From Piromyces finnis finn (taxonomy: Eukaryota; Fungi; Neocallimastigomycota): a stretch of DNA of 64,000 nt. The notes under the pieces are model-generated. The model saw nothing but the letters and a program-made list of their open reading frames with translations. It was not told the DNA's origin and ran no database searches. Positions 22,439 through 37,512 of this stretch are shown in pieces (within the stretch, counting starts at the first letter, position 1; the number at the start of each line of letters is the position of its first letter). The position numbers were made by a program, and so were the translations under genes. The stretch spans positions 930,001 through 994,000 of the forward strand of contig MCFH01000008.1 in NCBI GenBank assembly GCA_002104945.1, written 5' to 3'.

Positions 22439-25000
22439 TTAAAATGGTCCCTTTTGACAAAATACAACTGAATTATTTGAAAATGCTTCATATGCTTCCA
22501 ATTTAGCCTCTTCATATAATTTTGAATAATATAAAGACAAAAAGGGATAGATTTTATACATTACCCTTATTTGGCTATAATAAAACTCGATTTTTTCTTT
22601 AGCATCTTCCTTTTTAAAATTGGCATAGATCATCATATAAAAAGTACCAATATAATAAAATGCCCAACATAATGAATTTTGATATCTAATTTGTGAATTA
22701 TTAAAAGATTTAACAAAAATTTTTAACATTCTAGTAATTTGCTCAACGATATCGAAACAAACATTAAAGCAATTAGCATAATCTAAATTATTTATAACTT
22801 GAGGAATTTTAAGAAATGCTTTCTCTTTATTATTAGTGCATTCATTATTATTATCTTTAACGAAAAGTTTATAATTATATGTTATTGGTGATAACTTTGA
22901 AAGAATACAATATTCACCAACATATTCATCTTCCATTTTAATGTATTCGTAGTTTTCAAATAGAGAAGATTTATCGTCTTTTTTAAAATTAATATTTTTA
23001 TTTTGTGATTGATTCATTAATAAATCTATATTGTCAGTATTTTTCGTTATATTGGAAGTATTATTAATATTATCAAAATGATTATTATTTTCTTTATTTT
23101 TTAATTCATTAAAAGATTTATTATTAATTGACGAGTCTTCCTTATTTATTTGATTCAATATATACGATATTTCTACTTCTTTATGTTTCATTTCGACATA
23201 TTTTTTTGATCTAATTAAAGTATTTGAGTAAATATATGGGGATAGTTCAAAATTGAATAAAACTAGTTTTGCAGTAAAAAATAAAATATAAAGATAAATT
23301 ACACATGATAATTGAGAACATGAATTTATATCAATTATCTCTTGACTCAGTGATATATGTTTTTCTAAATGATCTTGTATTAAAGCTAATTCTTGTATTA
23401 AATATTTAAATTCACCTTTATCAAATACATTATTTCTCCGCTCTCTTGCATGTCTTATGATTTTAGTTAATGATACTACTACAGCCATAAACACTACTGT
23501 CAATCTTTCAGGAGTATAATTTTTAATAGTTAATGAATCTGTAAAACTTTGTGGAATTGGTTGGTCTAACCAACCAGGCCTATCCAAACGATTGGATGTA
23601 ATATTTAATAAAAAATCTTTTCCTATACAACACCAAACAGTTTTTATACGTTCTTCATAAAACATTATATTTAATGGTAAATTCAAATTATCATATAATT
23701 TTAAAACTTTTAATAATCTCATTGCTAAACCTGAGTATATATAACTTTTATTAGTTCCAGGACCTATTAAAATGAGGTTAAAAAAAAAAAGGAATAAAAA
23801 AACATATTTACAGTTTTTAATAATTACTATATACAAATTATTATTTATTAATCTTATTGCTAGTACTTACAATAATTAGATAATAAATAAGCGGTATGAA
23901 CATTCTGAATATCAGATGAACTAATATTACAAGTTAAATATTGTTCTGCTTTATCAAAATAAAAATCTGCTAGTAATTTATTTTGATTGGGACTAAATAA
24001 AAATGTTAATGCATATATTGCTAAAAGTAGACCAGGTGATAGTGTTCTGTTTTTTATACGGTAAATCAAGACAGTTGGTTGTATAATTGGTGAATAACTA
24101 TGTGCATATTTAAAATAATCTGTCAGTATGTTAAAATTCAAATGAACAACATTTGGTAAAAGTTCTGAGGTACATTCAATCAAAGATTGATCAGACAGTT
24201 TTATTTTCTGTGTATTTTTAAATTTAATACTAGAAGGTATAGATATTTCATTGAATTCATCAAAGGACAAAATTTCATGGGTATTATGATATTCTTTTAC
24301 ATCATTATTATAAGAATTTAAATACATATTATAAAAATTTTGTAATCTATTCATATTATCATCAAATATGTCCGAAACAGCTTCATTTAATTTTCCTTTT
24401 GAAACTTGGGGATGAATTGAATTGTTCTGTAAAATTTCAAATTCTTTTTCGGATTCTTTAATGTTTACTCCTTCAATAATATTGTCATCAGTACTATTTT
24501 TAAAAACTATAGAGCCATTTTTAATTTCAAAAGGTATATTTGAATCTGTCAAAATTTTTTTAACTCTATTGTTAACCATTTCATTTAAAAAGCCTGACCT
24601 TGGGCCTTTTTAATTAAGAGTATTTTTAAAATTTATTAAAATTAATTATAAATTGTTTTTTAAATAACAATAATAAAAATAATAAGAATTTTTATAAAGA
24701 AAGAAGTTTTTATGAATTAATAAGTTAAATTACCTCTTTTTTTTGTTATTTTATTGCTTCTTTCATTTTCATTTTCAACACTACTTTCATTTTTATTACC
24801 TAAATCTTTAATGCAATTTCTTTTATTGATATTACTTCAAACAAATAATTTAGTTTTTGGAAAAGAATATAGATGAAATACATCAATTAAAAAAAAAAAT
24901 ACCTCTCAAGATTTTCAGAATCTTTACGTTTTAGGACTTGCTCTTGTTTATTTAACTTTAAATTCAGTTTTGATTTCACTTTAGGATTGTCCTCTACCAT
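22439..25000 (-). CDS. Fungal-specific transcription-factor-domain protein, paralogue of the 9050-12502 gene, with no Zn2Cys6 cluster found
   Basis: Exons 25000-24903, 24834-24734, 24605-23871 and 23763-22439. It shares the TKKRG|PRSG linker, YFKYAHSYSPII, LLLAIYAL, EERIKTVW and the C-terminal LCWAFYYIG motif with the first factor, plus two equivalent phase-1 intron positions. Confidence 0.85.
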
Positions 25001-26894
25001 CTTTATAGAATTAATTCTAATGGTAATTTATTGTTATAAAATCATTTATTAAAATGCTTTTTTTTTTTTTCTTCTTTTAAATTAATTTTATATTTCAGAT
25101 CATATTTTATATTATAATATTTCTTGGTATAAATATTATTGTTTTAAATTAATTTGCTTACTTTCTATATAGCTTACATATGTTTTTTTTTTTTTTTTTT
25201 AATTTTATTTTATTTTATTTTTAATCAATTTCTACTTATTTTTCTTTTATCATAATATATTAGTTATTAATTATATTTAAAAATAAATAACATAAAATAT
25301 TTATTTTATATATTATTATTAAATTATAATGTTATGATTTAAATTTTCCATTTCTGTTTTCAAATGACAACACACTAAATAAACTTTATACTTATTTAGC
25401 ACCTTTTTTTTTTATCTTATTAGTAAATTACACTACTTAACATACATTCATATATTATTTATATATGTATTAATTTAGAATATAATATATTATATATAAG
25501 TTCTATATATTATATGTATAATACATATAATATATTTTTTAATTTATTCTTTTTTTAATAATATTAAATAGTAGTTTTTTTACTTCTTCAATAAAAAACT
25601 TTCTGCTATCAATTTATTAATTTGTTGGTTAATTAATTATTTACATGGAAATTATATTTTCTCATTTCAATAGAAGTTAACAAATATCTTTACCCTTATA
25701 AATACAATACAATGAAAAATATTATCTTTTCTTCTATATATTTCTATTTATGACATTATAATAAAAATTCTAATATATACAATCGTTCTTTCTCATAAAA
25801 TAATAATTTATATAATAACATATTCCATATATATGTAATAATAATATGTGACTTGAATATAAAATTAAATTAGTAATTTTTCCTTATATATTAGATTTAT
25901 TAGGAAAAAATAAATATATAAATTATTATATTAATTATTTCTACAATGTATAAGAAATTAAATGTAATATAAAAGAATAATGTAAATTTATAATACATTT
26001 AATTCCAGCCTTATAATTGGATAACTAATTGTTAAGTCATTAATATAAATAGACTAGAGAATATTATTATTAAAAGAGACTTCTTGTTTTAGTTAAATAA
26101 TAATAAGATAAACATTTTAGTAGTTAGACAGAATAGAAATATGAAATATTGAAACATAATTAATAAAGTTAATAATAGAATAAATATTATTTAAAGTTAA
26201 ATTATTTCTACATAAAAATAGCCCATATCATATTTTGATTCACGTGATATAATATAAATGTCCTTTATAGGTCTAGAAATATATTACCAAACACAATTGC
26301 TGGTAAAACTTTTTCAACATCCATAAAATAAAGTAATAATAAAATCAAACAAAATTATAACAAATTTTAAATGAAGATTAGTATGCTAAAAAACAAACCT
26401 ATCACAATTTTTATTCATAAAATATATATGGAATTCTTAATACAAAGAAAGAAGAAAGGTTATTATTCCAATATCATTTATCATTAATTCATATGTTTAA
26501 TACATTTTATTTTCTGTTATTGTAAAAGAAAACTTTCTCTAAAATAGTGCAAAATGAAAATCTATTTATTTAACTAGTTAAAACTATTTAAAAATACTTG
26601 ATTATAGGAAATTCAATTACATATATTATTTCAATATATATTTACTTTATTAAACTATACTAATAAAAATTGAAATACATTAATTTATAATTATTATTTA
26701 ATTATAATAATTGTATAATATGAGTAATATTATAAATAAAAATTTTATTTTATACTTAAAAAATGAAAAAACTATACTAACTATCAATTATTGATAAAAA
26801 AAAAGAAAGAAAGAAATTAAAAAAAAAAAAAAAAAAAAAAAATACTTAAAATAATAATAATAAATAAATAAATAGTTTAATTAATTAAAATAAA

Positions 26895-28656
26895 TTAACA
26901 GAATTTCCAATGGTTATTACAATTACAACATGTTACGAATCTAATTTTTAAAAATAAAACAAAATAAAAATAAATATTTAATATATATATATTTTTAATC
27001 TTAATATACTAATAAAATTATAAATTGAAATTATTTATACTTACGTAGTCATAGGCTATTGATTTAATAATTGTTTATTGATAAATATTATTATATTAAA
27101 ATAAAAAATAAATTATTATTCGGTAAAATAATAAATGCTTATTTATTTAAAATTAATCTTACTTCATCAGCACTTCTAGTTTGCATTTGATAATATTTGC
27201 ATTTTCTTGATTTACATTTACCACATTTAAATTGATCAGTTTCAGCTTGTTGACTTTCAGCACCTCTAGCTAAAAATAAATTTTTATCTTTAATTTTTTT
27301 TAATTCTTCTTGCTTTTGTTCTGAAGCCATTTCCTATATAATAATTATAAATAATAAAAATAAATTATTATTTACACATCGCATTTATACATAGTACTAC
27401 TATTAATAATATTCATTATAATAATTTACAGTTGGGGACATTTGACAAAACTCTGATGCACTAATATCATCATTAATAATTTTTTCTCTTAATTGTGGGT
27501 TTGATTTATCCTTTAAATTTAAATATAAAGACATTATCTTTGTTTTATATTTGCTATCAACAGTTTGAAACAATTTATAAACTTCATTTTCGATTTGTGA
27601 AGCTTTTTTAGAAAGTATTTGTGGACCTATTAATATAAATATTTAAAAATATATATAAGCATTAAATATATTTCATTCCTTCACCTTAACATTATTTCTA
27701 TTTTATATTTAATAAATAGCCATAACTTATGAAACTTTTTACTATTACTAAGTATTATATAAATTATGGTATTACTTACTAGAACCTTCATAAAGTGCTA
27801 AAGCTTTATATAACATATTTGCACATCCATCACGAGCCTTATTTCCTGTTGATACAAGTCTAATACCATCAGTAACTGAAGTTCTTTTTGGTGGTTCGGG
27901 TTTAGCTTTAGATTCTGGTTTTGTTGCTTTTGCATTATTAACAGAATCTTTTGATACTGAATCATGAGATGATGCTTAAATTATATTTATATAAATTAAT
28001 ATCCAACAATTCATATTCTATTTATGATCATTAATAAATTATAATATCTAGCATATTTTAATATTTTAATATTTACAACGTGATAGTGACTTTTTAGTTG
28101 CTTCAGATTTATCTTCAACATATTCAATTATTTAATTATATATATTTTTTTTTAATTTTAACAATAAAAACTTATTTTAATTAAATAATTATATACATGA
28201 ATCTGATTAATACTTTTATTTTCTTCTTCAATATCTTGTTTCCAATTGTAAATAATCTTTCTAGAAAGCTTTATAATATCATCCGTAACATTTGGATTTT
28301 TTTTAACATGATTAACAACTTTACCAATTTGAGTTTGCTTTTATTATTAATAAAAACAGAATTATTAATTTACTATATTATTATTAATATAAAATTAATT
28401 TAAAAATAATGCTTTTTATTGGGTTTTATTAATTACCTGTAATAAAGAAGTTGTAGCTTTAATTTGATATAGTTGTTTTAAAACATCTTTAACAGTCTTA
28501 GAATATATATAAATTTAATAATAGAAATTTAATATGAATTTCTAAATATATATTAAAATCATTATGATAATAAATAAGAACCTTCATGTTTTCATCTTTC
28601 AAAGCATTTTGTAAGGCTTTCTTTATATCATGTACCTCAGATTCCAAGGATGGCAT
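26895..28656 (-). CDS. DST1: Transcription elongation factor TFIIS
   Basis: Nine exons. N-terminal domain QTQIGKVVNHVKK...IIYNWK; C-terminal zinc ribbon CGKCKSRKCKYYQMQTRSADE|PMT|TFVTCCNCNNHWKFC*. The PMT segment lies in an 11-nt exon at 27045-27055. Confidence 0.96.
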
Positions 28657-29334
28657 TTTATATACTATTAATTTATTAATATAATTACATTTCGTATCAT
28701 AAAATTTTAAATATTATTAATAATCATAAATATATATTATTTATATATATAACAATAAACTTTAAAAATAATTTTATTATTTTATATTTTGATGTTCTCT
28801 TATTTTTTAATTATAAATATTTATTTAAAATCAAGTATTCTTCACATTTAAAACATATATACCCACATTTTTAACTATTAAATATATATTCGAAAATAAA
28901 AATTAAAAAAAAAAAAAAATTACTTTATTTTTTATTATGTATCATTTAATACATTACGTAATTACATTTTGTATATTTATTACACAAAAAAAACTCAACT
29001 GATTAATAAATATTAATAAATATATAATTGGATCTACGTTATTAAACTAAAATCAAATTTACTCCAATAGCATATATATATTTTTTTTTATTAATAAAAA
29101 AAAAAAGCATGGATTTAAAAGAATAGAAATTATATAAATAATATTTATTAATGTAAAAGTACTAATGAAATAAATTTAATTATAAATATAAAGTAAATAA
29201 TATAAATTTAAATGTGATTATAAGAATAATAAACTTAACAATTTTTAGATTTTTTTTAACATTTTAACTAATATAATATATGTGTTCTAATTTGCTTCAA
29301 TTGATTATTTATTTATTTTTCAGAGCTTATTATT

Positions 29335-29365
<31 letters not shown>

Positions 29366-29649
29366 GAATCAATTCAAATTTTAATTATATTTATTATGAT
29401 AGAGTTTGAAAAAAAAAAATTTTTTAAAAAAACTATAATTCAAAATTTCAATGATTAAACAATATTAATTCAATAAAAAAATTATGAGAAATAATATTTA
29501 AAGCATATATATATATATATATATATATAATAATTATATAATTTTTTATATATCATATAAAACAATTTGTAAATTGTTAAACAGTTTAACACTAAATCAT
29601 TAAATATAATAATTGTTCCTTTTTATTAAATATATATCAAAAGATAATA

Positions 29650-32600
29650 ATGCCTGATGCTCCTAAAGCACGTTTTTCAATAAAGAAATTTGTTAATAAA
29701 GAAAAATTAATTAATAATAATTATGAAATAAAATCTCTATTTAAAGATAAAAAAAAAACATTAAAAGTAGACTATAGTAATTGTAAATATGAAGTAGTCA
29801 AATATTGTACCAAAAGTTTTGGTTATCAGCAATATAAAGAAGAAGATAATGATGATTCATGGACACTTTGTTGGATGGACACAGGCGTTTCAATCGATCG
29901 AGTACTGTCAATGAAGCCTGGGCAGAAGATTAATCACTTCCCAGGAATGAATGAAATCTGTCGTAAAGATTGTCTAGCTCGTAATCTTGGAAGATTAGCA
30001 AAAGTATATCCAAAAGAATATAATTTCCATCCTAAAACATGGGTATTACCCCAAGAATGGAATGACTTTGTTACATATGCGAAGCAAAAAAGTTCTAAAA
30101 AGAATACATATATTGCAAAGCCAGATGCTGGATGTCAAGGAAAAGGAATATTATTATTTAAAAAAATACCTAAAAGTCCTAAAGATATTTTTCTTACTGT
30201 AACAAATGCAAAACATCATAATATAATTAATAATGTTGTTGTTCAAACATATATAGCATCCCCTTTACTTATTAACGGAATGAAATTTGATTTACGAGTA
30301 TATGTTCTAGTCTTATCTGCAAATCCATTAAAAATATACATTTATAAAGATGGTTTAGCTAGGTTTGCCACTGAAAAATACTCTAATCCTAATCAATCAA
30401 ATGTTAAAAATGTTAAAATGCACCTAACAAATTATGCGATAAATAAAAAGAGTAAAAATTTTGATAAAGAAATAGGTGAAGGAAAAGGTTCTAAAAGATA
30501 TATTGCTGATGTATTTAAAGAAATATCGTCTATGAAAAAATATAATATAACAGTAGATGAATTATGGGGTAAAGTATCAGATGTAGTAATAAAAACATTA
30601 GTCACTATTCAACCAATGTTAAGTCAATCTTGTAGTACATACCATAATGGATTAAAAGTATCTACTTCACCATGTTTCGAAATACTGGGATTTGATATTT
30701 TATTGGATTCAAAATTAAAGGCTTGGATATTAGTATGTAATAATAAATAAAAATTAAAATAATTATATTACTGTGATTTTATTTTATATCTGTAATATAT
30801 ATAAATAAACAATTTAATTTATGTCTGTAATTATTTTAATATATATCTACAACAAAATGATTAATAAAATACAATAAAGATAAATTTACTTTTTTGGAAT
30901 TAACTATTTTAATAATTTTATTATTCACTAATATAATTATATAATAGGAAGTAAATCATTCTCCAAGCTTCACATGTGATACTGTATTAGATTTCGAAAT
31001 AAAAAGAGGTGTTATTATAAACGCTTTAAGAATGATTGATTTTGATAATCTTTTAATGAATAAATTGAACAAGAAAATAAAATGCAATTCAAATGAAAAA
31101 GGGAAAAGACATTCTACCTTTTCTATTAAAAAATTATCAAATGAAAATGAAGTGGTAGATTCAAACGAATTACCAAAAATTGAAAATACAGATAATATAA
31201 CTCAAATGAAGAAAAAAAAAGACGATGTGAAAGAAAGAAAAAATAATTATTCAGGTCAATATAGTATATCAACATTAATGGATAAAAATAAGTCCTTAGT
31301 AAAAGATTTAAATGGAATTGTTTTATATTCTAAATTAAAAGGCCCTCACAACTTAAATTCATATTCTATAAATAATCAATCAAAAAAGAAAAAAAATAAT
31401 AAAGAAACAAAAACAAAAAAAAGAGTTATTGATAATCATATTAGCAATAGCTTAGCCTCTGAAGTTTATCTCGGTAAACCTCTTCCAAAAATAGGAAAAA
31501 ATAAAAAAAATAGTAATTCAAATATAAAAAAAAATGTTAAAAATAATGATAATGATAAAAAAGAAAAAGAATATAAAGAAAATAGGGATATAAATAATAT
31601 AGAAATAGATAAAATTGAAAATGTAAATGAGGACAGAGATGATTATAATAACAATGATACAAAAAATGGTGAAACACTTAATAATGATGATACAAAAAAC
31701 AGTGAACCAATTAATAATAATGATGAAAACAATGAAAATTTAAAAAAAAATACAGATATATTTAAAGAACATGATTTTATGTATATTATAAAAACCAAAA
31801 AAGAATTTACAACGGATGAAATTTTAAAATTCCAAAATATATATGAAAATGAAAATAAAGGAAATTATTACAGAGCTTATCCTTGTGATAATGAAGGCCA
31901 AATGAAAAAATATAAAAGCTTTATTCAAGTAACATCTAAAACTCTAAACACAAATACATTAGCAACAAAAATAAGATTGGAATATTTAAGAAAAAAGAAA
32001 GAAAAAGAAGAAGAAGAAGAAAGAAAACGTATTCTATGGAAGAAAAAAGTTAAACAAGGATACTTTATTGGAAGATATAAAATTAATAAAAAGGATGAAA
32101 ATAATCTATATGAGAAATTTAAAGGATCCTTATATAATAAAATTAATAATATTAAAAAAATAAATTCATCAGATTCATTATCAAGTTCAACTAGTTATAC
32201 TTCTATTGCAAATATCAAAAATCTTTCATTTGATATTAATAATTGTGAATATGAATCACTAGATAGTAATATTACACCAACGAAAAAAAATACAAATGTA
32301 ATTTCAACATTTTCGAGTAATCAAACATTAAATAAAATTTTAGGTGAGAAACCGTTAAATAACTCAAATAACCTATTTAAAATAAATTTTCCCTTTGAAA
32401 TAACAAGTTCATCATTCAGTAATTTCAAGGATATAAAAAGCAATTTATCAAATAGAAATAAGCAATTGTTTATTAATGGAAAACAAATTAATTTTGAAAA
32501 TAATAACAATGACGATGATAACACATATTTTAAATATGTATTAATAAATGAAAAGATTTCAAAAGACAATGATTCATTACGATGTCAATCAGCACCTTCA

Positions 32601-32666
32601 CTAAGAAAAGAGCAGTCCTTATCAGGACTTAAAACATATGACATTGTTTTTGAAAATTATAATTAA
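29650..32666 (+). CDS. Tubulin-tyrosine-ligase-like tubulin polyglutamylase (TTLL6/TTLL13-like)
   Basis: Exon 29650-30732, intron 30733-30947, exon 30948-32666. TTL motifs: QKINHFPGMNEICRKD, YIAKPDAGCQGKGI, KFDLRVYVLV, HLTNYAINK, FEILGFDILLD and WIL|EVNHSPSF. Confidence 0.92.
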
Positions 32667-32760
32667 TTTGATACATACAATATAATAAGAATTATATTAT
32701 ATATAACTTATTATTAATTTTATTTTTTATTTTTTATTTTTTATTAAATTCATTGATAGT

Positions 32761-32798
<38 letters not shown>

Positions 32799-33284
32799 TA
32801 TTAATTATCATTTCAATAATTGTATTACTTTTAAGAAAGTAATTGCTAATTTATCATTTTAAACCTAGTATACAATTATATAAGTATCACATCAATAGAA
32901 CATATTAATTAAAAATACATATTTACATACTTTATTTAATTTTATGAATTATATAAATTATATAAATTCCATCTTTATATCAAACTATCATTTTTTCTTT
33001 TTATTTAATGAATTCAATTATAATAAAAGCTATGAATATTATTATATACATAATTTATTTAATTTGATTGGAGTATACATAATTGTTTGTTTGTGATAAT
33101 TAATAAATTTCATTTAAATAAAATAAAATTTTTAAATTATACAACTTATTTAAAACAATTAACAAAATTATTTTAATTATTTTTAAATTTAAAATTTAAT
33201 TTATATTGTTTAAAATATTATTATTTTTTCTTTCTTTTGTTCCTCAAAATATTTCATTACAAATATATATAAAATTTTAACAAA

Positions 33285-35225
33285 ATGAATTCATATAATC
33301 TGGGATTTAATGTGAATAATCAACAATTAACAAATAATAATCAAATAATATTAGGAAGATTTAACCCATCAAATCAATCTGGAGTATTCACTATTGGTGC
33401 AAAAGATGCTTCTGATATTGATAATGTAGAAAAAGTTAAGAATAAATTATCTAATTGTTTCTGGAAACAAATTCCAGAATCAAGAAGATCATTCATAGCT
33501 AGTACTTTTGAAATTTTTATGGATCTCCATAACAATAAAACTCTTACTGAAAATGAAATTATCAATGACAAAATTAATATATTAAATAAATATAGTAAAG
33601 AATATAGAGAAAAGATAGAAATTGAAAAAAATAATAGCTTAAATGATGAAAAAGAAAGAGAAATGTATAATGAAATATATAGTATTTTTCATTTATATGA
33701 AGTTTTATATTTAAGTGAAAATGATAATAATAATATTTCTGAATTATTAGCAAGATGGTTAACTGATAATTTTTATAATATAACCGCTAATGAAGACAAA
33801 ATATTTAAATTAAATAAACCATTAAATAATGAAGAAGATTGGAAATTATTATTAAAATGTATTTTAAATATCAATAAATATAGAATAAAAGCATTGAATC
33901 TACTTCAAAAGTATTGTTTTAATAATTCATTATATAACAACAAAAATTCTGTTTTTGAAAAGTTAATAGAAATTATTAATTCAATGCCACTTGTAACAGA
34001 TTTTTCAAAATATGATGAATATAAAAAAACTTGGATCAGATGGCAAAGTAAAGTAAAAATTATATTTAAAGAATCAAATTACATGGTACCAAGTAATGTA
34101 TCTTTTGACTTTGACATCGAAAATTATTGTCATAAGATATTTGGTATATTGTCAGGAAATATGGAAAGTATTATTTCTTCTTGTGATTCCTGGAAGCAAA
34201 TTATAGTTTCATTAATTTATTTCCATCAACCAGAAACAAAAGTTTCCGATATTAAAACATTATTTGTTCATTGTAAAGATACAACTAATGGCACATTATT
34301 AGATTCTATTTTATCATCATTATTTAAAGAGGATTTAAATAATTGTGTTACTTTTTGTTCAAAATATGATTTCTGGTGGTTAGTAACACATATATCTGAC
34401 TTGATCTCATACCACTATAAATTTGAAGGTTTAAAAGATTATAATTGTGATTTAGCCAGTTGGTTCAAAATTAACTACGCTGATTCATTAGGTTTACAAA
34501 ATGATAATTGGGAGATTGCATTAGGATATGTTAGCACATGTCCTGATGACATTAAAGAATCTTTAAAAACTGAATTAATTAATCATATTCCATTAAATTC
34601 AGAAGATAAGGTAAAAAAACTTATTCTAAATTGTAAAAAATATAATTTAAAAAACGTAATTATAGATATTCATAAAACCCTTGGAATGAAAGAATATAAA
34701 AAAGGTAATTATGGTGAAGCCATTAAACATTACATGGAAATTGATGATTCTTATAGAATTTCTTTAATATGTAATGAATTAATATCCCAATATATAGAAA
34801 ATGGAGATTTATCACAACTTCATTTTATTGAATCATTAAATCAAAATAGTTTGTATAATTCCAAAATTAATTTCTTAGCAAGATATAAACAATTCCAAGA
34901 ATTATACAGAGAGAAACAATACAAAAAAGCTGGATCACTTCTTATTCAACTTTTAACCAGTGAAATTGCACCAAAAAACTTTTGGTATATCATACTTATT
35001 GATGCTGTTCCATTATTGGAAAACAAACAAATTATATTTAATTCATCAGAAACATATGAACTCATGAGATGTTTAGAAGAAATTACTACTAGTCATAGAA
35101 AAAATGAATATTTAGCTACATTAAATAAAAAAGTAAAATCAGAGGAAGAATTAGAGAATTTAATAAACGTCATAAGAATAGCACTTGTAAGAAATTTAGC
35201 AAGAACAAGTGCATTATTAATATAA
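33285..35225 (+). CDS. NUP85: Nucleoporin Nup85
   Basis: Intronless 646-aa ORF with Nup85-like segments WWLVTHISDL, NWEIALGY..CP, HIPLNSEDKVKKL and LL..L..EIAPKNFWYIILIDAVPLL. Confidence 0.88.
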   Translation: MNSYNLGFNVNNQQLTNNNQIILGRFNPSNQSGVFTIGAKDASDIDNVEKVKNKLSNCFWKQIPESRRSFIASTFEIFMDLHNNKTLTENEIINDKINILNKYSKEYREKIEIEKNNSLNDEKEREMYNEIYSIFHLYEVLYLSENDNNNISELLARWLTDNFYNITANEDKIFKLNKPLNNEEDWKLLLKCILNINKYRIKALNLLQKYCFNNSLYNNKNSVFEKLIEIINSMPLVTDFSKYDEYKKTWIRWQSKVKIIFKESNYMVPSNVSFDFDIENYCHKIFGILSGNMESIISSCDSWKQIIVSLIYFHQPETKVSDIKTLFVHCKDTTNGTLLDSILSSLFKEDLNNCVTFCSKYDFWWLVTHISDLISYHYKFEGLKDYNCDLASWFKINYADSLGLQNDNWEIALGYVSTCPDDIKESLKTELINHIPLNSEDKVKKLILNCKKYNLKNVIIDIHKTLGMKEYKKGNYGEAIKHYMEIDDSYRISLICNELISQYIENGDLSQLHFIESLNQNSLYNSKINFLARYKQFQELYREKQYKKAGSLLIQLLTSEIAPKNFWYIILIDAVPLLENKQIIFNSSETYELMRCLEEITTSHRKNEYLATLNKKVKSEEELENLINVIRIALVRNLARTSALLI

Positions 35226-35665
35226 TTTACTAGATTTATATAAAGTACCATTAAATTCAAAAATAAAAAACATAATATATGCTATTAAAAAAAAATTAAA
35301 AAAACCTTAAAAATAATATTTTCTAATATTTATAAATTATTGAAAGAATTTAAATAAACAAACATTTTTATTATTTATAAGAAACCAATTTTTATATCTA
35401 ATCAAAAAAATTTAATAATTAACTTATTCATAACCCATAACTAATAACTAAAATAAATAATTAGTATTAAAATAAATTTTCAAGAATAGAGTATTGCTAT
35501 TTTTGTAAAAATTATTGTAGTATTGAAATTATTTGGTAGTAATATGATTGGCTGTTTTTTAGAAAAAAATGAATTGATTGGAATATTTTTAAATTATTGA
35601 GTATTATTTGGAAATTTTCCTAGTTAATATTTGTACCTCTCTCTCTAAACGAACACTATATAAAG

Positions 35666-36831
<1,166 letters not shown>

Positions 36832-37512
36832 GTTATATCAATTATATTGTATGTTCATATACTCGACACAATACAATAAAATATATTAAACACCAAAAAT
36901 TCATAAATTACCTTATGTATTTTATTTATCAATAACTTTTAAGTACACAATTATTTTTTAATAATTTATTTTTTTGATATTTTTTCCTTATCTTTTAAAT
37001 TATAATCGAGCAAATTTTTTTTGGAAAATAATTCATAATAATTGCAAAAACAAAAATAATAAATTTTATGCAACAATTGTACATAATAACAATAATATAT
37101 TTTTACTTAATTTTATATTTAATTATTAAATTATTTAGATTTTTTATAGGGAATATTTTGAAGGAAAATAATAATTAAAATATTTATAGTATTATTTTAT
37201 TTTTAATAGTTGTTTTTAGAAAAAAAAAAATGTAGAGTTATTATTTTTTTTATACCAATTCATTTTTTTATATTATTTGTATCAAAAGTAATATAAATTT
37301 TTTTATAATTAAATATAGTTATTTAAAATGGGATAAAAAATATAAAAAGATTGGCATTTTAATTTGAAATTATGTTGATTTTGTAGTTAATAAATATGGT
37401 ACGGGTGGAATAACACTATCTAAAAAAAAATATATTATAATTTTTACTTTGTTATAATCTAATAACTAGAAATTTCATTATTGATTGTTTTTTTAAGATG
37501 TAAACAGGATTT

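Noticed and set aside
26230-26330. Possible small minus-strand exon (MDVEKVLPAIVF) and a CACGTG near 26240
   Set aside because: I could not splice it to any downstream exon in frame.
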